Shown here piece after piece: positions 11,992 to 23,286 of a stretch of 64,000 nucleotides of DNA; position 1 is the stretch's first letter; every line of letters starts with the position of its first letter. A model generated the notes under the pieces. That model made no database searches, was not told the origin of the DNA, and saw nothing but the letters and a program-made list of their open reading frames with translations. This DNA comes from Selaginella moellendorffii (lineage: Eukaryota; Plantae; Lycopodiophyta), in NCBI RefSeq assembly GCF_000143415.4, contig NW_003314424.1:99194-163193 (forward strand), read 5' to 3'. The translations under genes and the position numbers were made by a program.

Positions 11992-14900
11992 TCAGACTGT
12001 TATTTTTTGCCTCCAACGCCTATACAATAATCTTGGAATTTCATCACTCTCCACACTATCAGGATTTAAACCCAATAGTAATGCCATCTCTTCTCTAATA
12101 CGTCCACGCTCATGTTCAGTGGTCGAAGAACCCATCCGGTTGAGCAGATTATGGAGATGCGGATAGTGCTTGGCTAGACAATATACATGCCATAAATGAT
12201 GACTGGTGTCTGTCCGATCAAATGGCTTCTGATATACCGTTCCATCTGCCATTTGGTTGATTTCTGCAGCCACCTCCTGGACTGGCCGGTTCTCTATCAC
12301 CATCGCTCCAAGCCGTTTTGCAAGGTCCCCCAGAACATACGGTTTCTTCTCCCTAGTTTCCATACTGCAAGAGATGGGGTGCACTGCATATGTGTGCGTG
12401 TTCGCTGCAGTTTTAATCGGTGAGTCATCGATGATGAGGATTTCACTTGAGCTAGCAGTCCGGTTCATCACTACAGCCTCTGGCTTGACGAAGATGGGCT
12501 TGCTACCCCTCACATGGACCATAGTCAAGCAATCCTCCTGCGTTAGGAGAAAGTCAAATGGTAATATTACTCGCGTCTGATCGTGCATCATCTGAAGCAA
12601 CGTTAATGCATTGTGGCGCATCATGGATGTCCAAACTCCCAATTGCAAATTGAACCCAGCCCTCTGTTTTAAGTGTCGCATGGTCATTATTAGATCCCGC
12701 AGTTTCTCTCGTGTGATTAATGTGAATCTGTCTCTTTTGACCAACTTGCGACCGCAGGCTTTGGAGGGTGCACTGACATTCGAGGACGAGCCACGCTCAT
12801 GGGAGAAAAGGACACCGTTCAGATCAAAAACGATACAGTACCTTCGCCGTGACTCTGAAATGAAATGCGTCAGCATAAAAAATGGTACAAGTCAATTTTA
12901 CCATCTACAATATTAGCGAATGGTGCTCCCGATGGTCGTTGAGAGGGTTTTGGTCGAGGAAACGTGAAGGGCGGAAATACTCTCCTCTGCAATGTGGGGT
13001 CAATCGCATCCGATGGCGTGTGGGCATATGCCATTTCAGCTGTAGACTCTGGTACAACTGGCTCAACAGTGGCATGGGGTGGTTCCGATGGCGTGTGATC
13101 ACACGCCATTTCAGCTGGTGCCTCCGTTGGCAAAGTGGACATGACCGAACAGGCAGCAGGGGCGGTGTAGGGAGGTTCCAACGGCGCGTAGTCAGACGAT
13201 TGGGCACATGTTGAGTCCGTTGGAAATGAGGATACGACCGGCTCGGCAGCTGGGGCGGCCTCATGTGGGTCCAATGGCGCCTGGTCACTGTCAGTTGGAT
13301 ACGTGGACAAGATTGACTCAGTGGTATGGGCAGCATCAAGTGGAGCGTGGTCAGCTTGCTTGGCGTTGATATGGATAGTAGCCTCCACCAACTCTGATGA
13401 CTCTTGCAGCCAAGTAGAGTCCACTAGCGGATCCATATGCATGTCCAAATATCTCCCTTCGATTGAGATGGTATCCTCCCGTGCTACTAAAAACAAACTC
13501 ATTAGCACATTGAATTGACTATACTGTATTTACCATCAACTGCTATTGAGGAACTAGGACCGATATCACTTGGGCGCACTGCTGATTCTGAAGGATTGGA
13601 CATACGTTTCGACCCTTGCTTGGCACTATCCTTCCTCGACACTAAAGGCTAGAGTTTGTAAATTCAACTGAATAATCTCTACTTACCATTTGCTCTGCGA
13701 CCTACATGGACAATGTTAGAAATGGTAAAAGGTTAGGAATGGATGTACTATTATTTACCTGATGGTTTGTCTTGTATGACCTTCCTCCGCTGCTCTTTGG
13801 CCACCTCAGGCTGGCCATCGTCGTCATCATCGTCGTCGTCGTTATTGTGATCGTCACCATTGTGAGGACCATCCAAGTCCTCTTCGTCCTCCTCTTCTTT
13901 GTCCTCCTCTTCGTCCTTCTGCTCTTCCTGCTCATTATCTTTCTCTGGCTCCTCATCCCCCTCCTGCATTTCTTCCATAGGCTGCTCAGGCTGGATGGCT
14001 TGTTCTTCCAGGACCATCTTGGGAAAATCATCTGGCCGAGTCTCCATCTCAAAATACAAGACATCCATAGCCTATTTTAGTGCGTGACCTAGGACCGTAT
14101 CCTCACCCGACTGTCTTAACATGGTTTCTGCACGTTCTTGCACCCTTCGAAGACGACGAGATGAGAAAAACGTGGCCCTGACTTGAAAAGCTTCCCTCAT
14201 CCATTGTACCTCTCCATTGAGATTGGGGAAGGGGAGTCCGCCATAGGAATCTGAGTCATGAGGTGGTGACTGCCTGCTTTCACTCAGCCCTTGATCTGCA
14301 ATGAATGGCATGAGCACACATGCCATAACCGCGAGGCATTACCTATCATCTTTTCGTTGCCCTTCTTCCTTTTCGAATCAAACGCCTCTGATCTCGACGA
14401 CTGTCCAACATGCTTTCGCTTTTTATGACCACTGTCAGTTTGAGCTTGGCTGGTGCTTGCCTGTTTTGCCTTTGAAGAAGTTTCTCCTGTAAGGAATGGC
14501 ATGAGACCACACGCCATTGCAAATATAATTTGTACCTCCTTTTTTCCTATTGCTTGTCTGTTTGTCCTTCTTCGATGCGCCACCAGTGCGCTTTTCAGTC
14601 CTCGTGTCTGAATATTCACAACGATCTATAATCAAAATGGCGTGAGGCCTCACGTGACCTTACCTTGTGCAGGTTGTGAGCTCGGCCCAACATGGGTATC
14701 TTCAATAGTAGCTATTAACGCCGTTTCAGCATCTGGGGGTGGCCACGCTCCTGCATACAGAGCTTGTGAGATAACATTTAAACTTAAAGTGTGTACTCAC
14801 CAGGTTCGCAGAGAAGATACTGTTTTTCTTTGGCAACTGTAATTATATGCTCCATTGAAGTCACCTCTTCAATGGAGTTTGTCACCGCAACACACGGGAC

Positions 14901-17357
14901 ACCCTTGAGTAGTGCGGCTCGAAAGAATAGTCCGCCGCAGTTGTACTGGACAATGCATTTGCCCTTGGAGTCGGAAGCAGGTGACCCACCCGCTATTGCG
15001 TTGAAGACCCAACTGAGCATTTCCCATGCTGCACCTGGAGCTTTCTTTGGATTCGAAAGCTCCATAGCCGTCTTCAGTTCCTCAGGCACGGGTAAATTGA
15101 CCTCCCTCAGATCAATTCGATTGGCCTTGTCGAACGAAGCGGGGAAGTCACTCCAGTTCCACTCTGCTGCAGGACCAATAACAAGGGCGAGTGTGAAGAT
15201 GCGGACATTCGTCGGTATCTTCTTCTTAGCCATTATCCCATGGATCTCCTGCATCTCCTTGCCTTTCAACCGAGCCTTCACCTCGTTCAAGGCCTTCCAG
15301 AACTTGTGATAGGATTCGGAGTCGTAGATCATATAGTGGACTGAAGATTCCACCTCCGCAAGTCCCACCATTAAGTCAATGATGGAGCTGATTTCGTCTG
15401 CATGAGTGATCTCCTCATTTGTGAAGTCCATCACACAAAAGATGTTCTTGACCTGCTCATCTCCGCGGGAAACGATGCTCCTCCACCTTTGATCCTCATC
15501 CGAATTCAAGTATACCCGGTAAGGTTCTCGATAGGCCTCTGCTGCGGGGTCGAGCTATTTCTGAAGCCGGCGGTCGACATCAATCTTAATGAAATTTGGA
15601 TACTAATCCAACTTCTTAGCTTTACATTTCATGGCATCCCGCAGCAGATCGATGAACTTGGGGGCCCCCTTCACGTACTCGTCGATGTCTTCATTTGACA
15701 ACTCCAGCGCTTCCATCATCTCTTGCGTGGTGTCGATGCTCACCCTCTCCACGGCCACTTGCTCGAAGATCCAATCCTTCAATAGCGCACGAGCTCTCAG
15801 AGTCGTGCACAAGTCCTCGTATGTCACAATATGGCCGGGAGTCATTTTGGTCTTGTTGAAGACTACCTCACCACGTAGAAGAGCATTAGCCACTGTCAAA
15901 AGGTCGTCGTCGTCTAGAGACCGCGAGAAACGCAAGGCGTTGAGCTTCAAATCATTGGGCTTCCGGCCATCCTCCACACCCATTGAGTTTGGCAACTCCC
16001 CGTCATGGTACCTCCTCAGCACATCTACCCATTTGTCAAAAACAACTTTTGTCGCGAGTAGAATGTTATGGATGCTGAGTGTGTCATTGACCCCCAGTGT
16101 TTTCGAGAGAAGACTCGAGAATTCCTGCAATGGAAATGGCGTGAGGCCACATGCTATGCCACATGCAATGAGGCTTACCTGCCAGGCGCTAGTTGCTAGT
16201 GCACGTCCTTGTCCTGGTTTTTGTGGCTTCTTCAGTTGAACCCAGAGCTTCCGTGTTCGTGCCAATGTCTCGTGCAGACCCAATTTGTAGCACGTTTCTT
16301 GCTTGACATTCTGCGCGTGGGAGATGTATATGATAGATCGGAGGGGCGAGTTGCCTTTTATCAGGCGGACAACTCTTGTCTTGAAGACTTTCTTCACCTC
16401 CTCGCCCACCATAATATCCACAACTATCTCTTGCATCGCCAAGCTAGAATGCTGCCCGGAGACGGCATAGAACCGGATGTTCTGATCGTCCAACACCTTC
16501 CTATTGATCAAGTCTGGAAACCTCGTCTCACCCTTCATTGTTCGGTAGTAGGGGATCACGTCTGCGATGTCGGGTGTTACTGGACTTGCCAGCATCTTCT
16601 GCTTCAGTTTCTCCACCCACTCATCAAATACTAGCCTGTGGTTGTATTTGCTTTGGATGTCGATACGGCTCACGTCGATTGTATATACTTTGTTGGAATA
16701 GTAACAAGTATTATTATTTGCGACGATTTTTGCTGCCTCTTCTTGCTCTTTCTGCTCTTTGCGGCTCTTCTTTTTGGTGGGTGTAGTGTTCGAACCCGAG
16801 GCAATGGCATCACCGAGTAACTTCTTTTTTGGAGCAGGAAAGTCGGATGTCGGCTTGAGCTTGACCACCCTTTTCTGCTTCGGGGTAGTTTCTAGATCGA
16901 CCCCCTTCCCCTTCACTTCGCGAACTGGAGGCACTCTCAACGGCTCAATGTTGGAATATAGTTTTTGAACATCGCCGTAGGTGAGGTCCGTGGATTCCAT
17001 GTGATCTTCATAGACCCGCAGCGTCTTTGAAATTGTGGGCCTCCTGGACAACCTCTCCCTAGCTCCCTCTAGGAATTCCTCATAGCCGCTGCCCCCCTCC
17101 GGGAAGCCGCTAGGATGTGCAAGGTGGATCTTGAAGGCAGACGCTGTCTCTACCACAAGTGCCAGTCCATATTCTTGCATGGAACTGCATGGAGTGTCTG
17201 TCACTTGGATGAGGATCCCCATGCATTCTTTTCTCCCACCATCTGTGTTGTACAGCCTCAGATCCTCGCCTTCCATCCCGAAAGTCCAACTGGTGAGCTC
17301 CTCCCCCTTCTCTGCATCCACATTGACAGTGGCTGGAAGAAGAACGCAATTCCTCGC
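11992..17357 (-). pseudogene. Multi-exon transposon cargo gene: ParB/Srx-like + degenerate N6/N4-MTase-like + acidic linker + FCP1/NIF HAD phosphatase (at least 1,637 codons, 3 in-frame TAG stops, 5' exon(s) unresolved)
   Basis: Exons 17357-16179, 16124-14801, 14750-14664, 14607-14536, 14486-14343, 14295-13759, 13701-13687, 13641-13534, 13486-12902, 12854-11992 joined by nine 45-57 nt GT-AG introns keep one frame (4914 nt). Motifs FYAVSGQHS, CIVQYNCGGLFFRAALLKGVPCVAV, IVFDLNGVL, VWTS, IIDDSPIK. Confidence 0.75.
13010..13370 (-). repeat. About five degenerate ~75-nt coding tandem repeats in a cargo-gene exon
   Basis: Peptide units DHAPLDA, DQAPLDP, DYAPLEP, DHTPSEP, AHTPSDA; two units contain the 22-bp palindrome. 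Confidence 0.7.
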
Positions 17358-17599
17358 CTGTTCAGAAATGCACAACAATTAGAGCTGACAGATGAAAAGC
17401 TAGTAGCTGGAAATAACGTGAGGCCACACGCCATTCACCACTGCATCAGATGTCTTGAGGCTGCATCCTAAGATGGCGTGAGGCTACACGCCATCTGTAA
17501 CCGGACTGCACTCGAGAGCCCAATCGGTGCATGCCAATGTTGCTACTGAATGGCATGTGGCCTCATGCCATTTTCTACTTGGCCTAAAAGACTTACCAT

Positions 17600-20144
17600 T
17601 TGAAGCCGAATGGAGGCGTGACAACCGGACTCGCTGGCGAATGTGCACTGTGTGTGCAGCGGATCGTAGCAGCAAGGCTACTCTGCCACTTACAGTTGGA
17701 GAGTGGCACTGAAATCTCCCGGATGCCAAGTGGGCTGCGTGTGGGTGGCGGAGTGGGCGGCGGAGTTGGCGGCGAAGTTACAAACTGGGTGTGTCTTGAA
17801 GTGGATGCCGATGCACACGAGCGCGATGCGAGCGCGAGTGTGATGCAAGCGCGAGTGGACGCCAATGCACACGAGAAACCTGTAGAGAAGTGGGAGCGCG
17901 AGTGGGAGCGCGATGCGAGCACGAGTACGAAGCAAAATGCAAAACCTAACCTCACACGCGCGAAATGTCACGATGGTTGGTAATCCCGCCACGTCATCAT
18001 TCCTCGGACTTGGGCGCCACCATTAATTTCTGGATCGGCGCGCGCATGCGTGAAATCCAAAAGAAATCCGCAACGTCATCATTCCTCGGACTGCATGCAT
18101 GCGAAATCCAAAAGAAAGATCATGATTGGGATATCATTTAATACCCTCGCTATATTTATACCATGCATGATTGAATATTCCAAAGCATCTTGTATTTCCA
18201 AAAATGCCAAATGTTCAGCTAAATAAATTGTCAGAGGATTTGATGTGACGTTCAAGCGTGTGGGCTCATGCAATTTTGATCCCAAAAAATGCACCAAAAA
18301 ATGCTCGGTGTCATCTGGCGTTATCTCTTGAATGGCGTGGGGCCGCATGCCATTTTCAGGAGCACATAGGAGTATATTCCTAGAATATTCTGACACGCGC
18401 GAGATTGTTTTGAGTTTCCTGGAGATCCAACTGTTAGATCGCAACTAGATTTTACAGAATGGTATACAATGTCCTTCTTGATGACCCTGCAAAGAAGCAT
18501 CTCGATCGGACACCACATGAGACCACACGAGCCTTACAATGTTTCAGGGGCATTTGCCATAGATCCAACCGTTATTTTGCTCCAAGATTCTACAGTTTGG
18601 TGTGCATTAACCTTTCCATCGACACTGCAAAGGGACATCACAATCAGATGCGGGATCACAAGAAACCAACTTCACTAACTCTGGTTTCACCAAGATCTAC
18701 GTAAGGAGTTATGAAATGAAAGGACCCTCTCTATTGAAATGTGTTTATGGTCTTAGGGGCATTGTGACATATCAAAGGATTTTGCATTAAGTTCTGTATT
18801 TGCATGTTTATCAAGCTACTGAATTGCTAAACCCTAAACCCTAAACCCTAACCCTAAACATGTGGCAAATGCTGCGTGAAGAAAGATGCCCTTTCTGGGC
18901 AAATGCTGTAAGAGGCAGATTCCGAGCAGATGTATCTCAGGCTAGCGAAGGGGACAAACGAAAGCTAGCTATAAACATGACGGGATGCAAATAGATTACT
19001 AGGCTGGTCCTGCGAAAATCAAAAACCATAATTGAAAACATTGAAAATGCAAAAAGAAAGGTTTATAATATTTTTGAATTTTAAGCAACCAAATGAATGT
19101 AAGTAGGGCATGTGTTTGTAAGTTTAAAAATGCCTCAACCACTTAAATTCCCAAGTAAATAAAGTTGTTTCTATTTTTGGTACAGGTAAACTTTATAGCG
19201 TGTGGGCTCATGCAATTTTGAACCCAAAAATGCACCAAAAAATGCTCGACTAGCATTATTCTTTGAATGGCGTGTGGCCTTATATTGCCATAAATGGACG
19301 TACACACACAGCATAATTATTCCTTTACACGGCAAATAATCTTGGCGCGGATCGCTGACATGGCATGGCAAAGTTCGAATCACTGACATGGCACAGTTGG
19401 ATCGAGGCAAGGACATGATGTGACAAAGTTCAACCTCCGACAGCAAAGTCTAGAAGCTACTCAGTTTGAAATTTGTCAGAGGACTCATAAGATCTGGTTT
19501 GTCAGAGGATTTGATGTGACGTTCAAGCGTGTGTTATTTTTGAATTCTCGAACTCATTCCTAGGTCTATCATTTTTGTGCGCCGTGTTCTTGGTTCCGCT
19601 GAGCGTAGTGAGCGCTGCTTGTGTAAGCGGCGTTGTGAGCTGTGGTTTATGCGTCTACAAGCGGTTGTGGCATTGCGAGCGCCATTGCGAGCGGCAATTT
19701 ATGCGAGTGGCAGTTTGTGCGAGTGGTGCTACGAGCAGTTGCGGTGTTGCGAGCGGCGCTATGAGTAGTTGCGGTGTTGCGAGCGGCACTGTCTTTGGTG
19801 TGGCTACCGCTTCCTCTTGATATTCGGCACTTGTGCTTCCTAGTATGTTCACCATGGAATGGTTTAGGACCACATTTAGAAATGGCATGAGGCCACATGC
19901 CATCTTGGGCCCTTGCAATTTCATGGCTAGCGTATTGTCATGTATGTTTTTACTTGCCTGCAGCTGTGTGTATATCAAGATGGCATGAGGCCTCATGCCA
20001 ATTTTGTGAATGCGAAATTTCACGTGGGTGTCAATAGCATGTTTGAATAATGGCATGTGGCCTCATGCTATTTGGTATGTTATGATTTAGGCCATTCTCC
20101 AATCATTTTTTGTATGGTCTTAACTTCTTTTCTGCACTTTCAGA
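17600..20144. promoter_or_regulatory. Divergent promoter/leader region between cargo gene and transposase, with CpG-rich tracts and direct repeats
   Basis: CG-rich low-complexity tracts 17740-18100 and 19580-19800; direct repeats at 17991/18074 and 18231-18307 vs 19197-19248 and 19502-19533; 7 palindrome copies. Confidence 0.55.
18827..18859 (+). repeat. Plant telomere-type (CCCTAAA)n / telobox array
   Basis: CTAAACCCTAAACCCTAAACCCTAACCCTAAAC. Confidence 0.85.
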
Positions 20145-23100
20145 ATGGCCTTCAGGGTTGGGGAAAAGGTTTACATTTTGAATGGTGGGAAGAGAGTTGC
20201 AAAAGGGACCTTTGTGTCTATGGATCGGAACTTTGTTATACACTGTCAAAGGCTTGGGGAAGGCAATGCTGCTGTATCAGTAGAGACTGTCTTCGATGGG
20301 AATGTGGTCGCTATTGAACGAGGAGAGATGGTCGTCGGGGTAAATGTTGTTGTTGCCTTGAAAAATCTGCAGAAGAAAACAGATGTTGGGGACAGCGCAA
20401 GTGCGACGCATGTTCCCTCTGTGGATCTTAAGAACCGTGCTACATGGATTCAGGCAAAGGTGTTTCTAAACAACCCCGAGGGGGAGGTGGTAGCTGAGGG
20501 CTTAGCCACAGTTGTCGATCCAAGAGATGCGGTTGCTAATCAAGAATTGGGCTGGGATGATATTGGAGTTGCGATTTTAGAGGTTGTTGACACAGAAGAA
20601 AACAGTCTGACTATTGGAAGCATTGTGCAGTGGAAATTGAGGCATTTAGTGTTTGAGAATGTGAAGGATTCACAATCAAACACCACTACAACTGATGACA
20701 GAACATCTCTTCATGGGAAAAGAAAGTACACCTTCCTACAGCGCAGCCAAAGGGATCTGAGCAACGAACCGAAAAGGCAAAAAATGGCGATGGAGGTTCG
20801 AATGGTCTCGACAGTTGCTTGTTGCAAGAGGAGGTGCTGTCAACATGCTGATTGGGGTGCTATTGAAGAGGAGAGAGCAAGATACAAGACATTGTCCTGG
20901 AAGGCAGCTCGCAATTTTGTGTATGAGGCATTATGGTCATCTGTTGATGCTTCAGAACATCAGGTGGGGGGCATGGTCTTCCAGAGGGGTTTGGTCTGCA
21001 TGAAGGCATGGAGAATCATTTATGGAGTCCCTCGAAGCACATTCTACAGAATCAAAACTGAGTTCGAGGAACAAAGGGTTCAACAGGCAGTCCATGGGAA
21101 CGACGGTACGCACAAAACCAGGGGTCATGTTGTATATGGAGAGGCAATCTTCAAGAGGTTTGTCGAGACATGTAGCGAGCAGCAACCACATAAAACCCGC
21201 CTCTTGGAAGATGGAACACGAGACACCCAACGAGTTCTCCCTTCCATGTATACCAAGGGGGCCATATTGGAAGATATGAATCGGGAACTCTAGAGTAATG
21301 GCTACAGGAAGCTGAGCCAATCTAGATTTAGTAGATTGTGGAGCAACAGGTTTAGGGATGTGAGTATAGGAAAGTACTCCAGCTTTTCAAAGTGTGACGA
21401 GTGCACTGCTATCAAAATGGCTTTGTCGAAGAATTCTTGCAGCGCTCAAGAGCGAGAGACGTTGGTTAGAAGGCGGCTCGACCACAACATCGAGAAGAGA
21501 AGCTGTAGGACTGCATATTATCATAACAAGATTCTCTCCATGGAGAGACCTGACTCTTACCTCTGCATCATCCACGACAAAATGGACCAGAAAAAGACGT
21601 GCTTATCTCGACTCAATCCTGCCCCCAAGGCAATCTCTTCATCCATGCAGCTGCTTGTGTCTCTGTTTGGCATAATCGCTCATGGGCATGGTGCCCAGAA
21701 CTATGGGAACTTCTTTGTACCTCTATGGGGTGGCGGGGGTGCAAACATGATGATTGCGTCCCTAGCAAAACACTTAAGGTCTCTGCAAAGTGCGCAGACT
21801 GAGCTGAACGGCCAACCCTTGCATAAGGCCCTTGTCGATTGAACCCCATACAGGGTTCAGCTGGAGGAGGAGCAAAGGCTTGCAGTATCGCATGGGGCCC
21901 CATGCCATCCCAGTGAATATGTTGGCCGTCAGATTGTAGGGTTATCACGTGAGGCCTCATGCCATTCCGACGAGGCTGGTCGCCCGGTGAATGCACAGCC
22001 TCATCCAAACGAAGCAGAATCTCAAGGAAGTTCTTGCGGCCGATGTGGCCTTCCACCCCATCTTCTGCTCCAAACAGACAATGCTGGCAGTGAGAACAAA
22101 AACATGTACGTCTTCGCGTACTTGGCGATGCTTGTTGCCAAAGGCATATTTGAAACGGTTACACTTGGCTTTCTCATGGTTGGGCACACTCATGAAGACA
22201 TCGATGCCATGTTCAGTCACCTGGCAGAGTCCCTCCGGCGATCCAATGTCCTCACCCTCCCACAACTCTACGATGAATTCCAAAATTGCATCAAAGGCAC
22301 TGTTGAAGCTGCACTTGTGACAGAGGTTCCAGACTTTAAGGGGTTTGTAAGAGGCTACATCAGGGACGGATCCGAAACGCTGATTGGCCACTCCAAGCCT
22401 CTTCAGTTTCATTTCAGCATGCGTGACGGTGCTCCAGTGATGAGGTACAAGATGAGAGAATGGGACACAGTGTGGCTGCCAGTGGATGGCATTGAACTCT
22501 TCAAGAGAGATCCCATAACTGGGGAACCTATGATTCCTCAAGGTTCCCCACGGCCGATGCACCCGGATGGACTCAAAGACCAGGAAAGTATAGTGGCCGG
22601 GATTAGACAGCATATTGCCTTCTGGAAGAGGGGGTTGGTGTTTGGTGGAGAATCCTATTTTAAGAGGTGCAAGCCTTTGCTCGAATACTGGGAGAAGATT
22701 ATATCTGCTATCCAAAATGGGCCGGTTGTATATGAAGAATTGGAAGAGTCCTTTTGGCCAGAACCCAGAGCACCAGATAGTAGCGGAACAATGTCCTCTG
22801 GAAATGCAGTGACAGATAACGATGTTGAGGATCACTATTGTGGGCCGAGGAACAAGAAGCCAGATTCCGCATTCAATCCAGTACAGGTCTGCAAAGGAAT
22901 GGTCGTGCTTGTCAGACCCAGTAATAAAAAACAAATGATATGGGTGGGGCGCTGCATCACTGATGCAGAGGAGGATGCGGAAACTAACTCCTTCAATGTA
23001 ACTATGGAGTGGTTCAAGCCAAGTTCCAGATATACGAAGGATTGCCTAGAAAAGAGATGGGTGCTGAATCCAAGGGATCCCAGCATGAGCATATCGGTGG

Positions 23101-23286
23101 ATAATGTTGTGCATGGTTGGATGCGGAAGTAGAGTGCCACCATCACCTTGCCAGACCATGCAAGAGATGCAGCAAGAGCATTCATAACCCGGGTTCAAGG
23201 TGAGATTCATTAATATTCCTTTACTAAGTTTCTAATGTATTTTATTTCAAGGTGAACAATCCGAATCTGAATCAGAGGAGGCGTGA
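20145..23286 (+). pseudogene. Sola-like DDD transposase, about 1030 codons, 3 in-frame stops, probable intron 23200-23251
   Basis: ORFs at 20145, 21336 and 21987 share one frame, with stops at 21291, 21840 and 23130. Motifs CCKRRCC, CDEC, IHDKMDQ, LQTDNAGSENKN, FLMVGHTHEDIDAMFS. Confidence 0.85.

Noticed and set aside
14791-16634. Plus-strand ORFs of 141-202 aa, and 53803-54501, 62568-63790
   Set aside because: Antisense shadows of minus-strand coding sequence
17593-17992. Overlapping 100-127 aa ORFs, and similar ones at 19575-20056
   Set aside because: Low-complexity GC-rich sequence open in several frames; no recognisable domain
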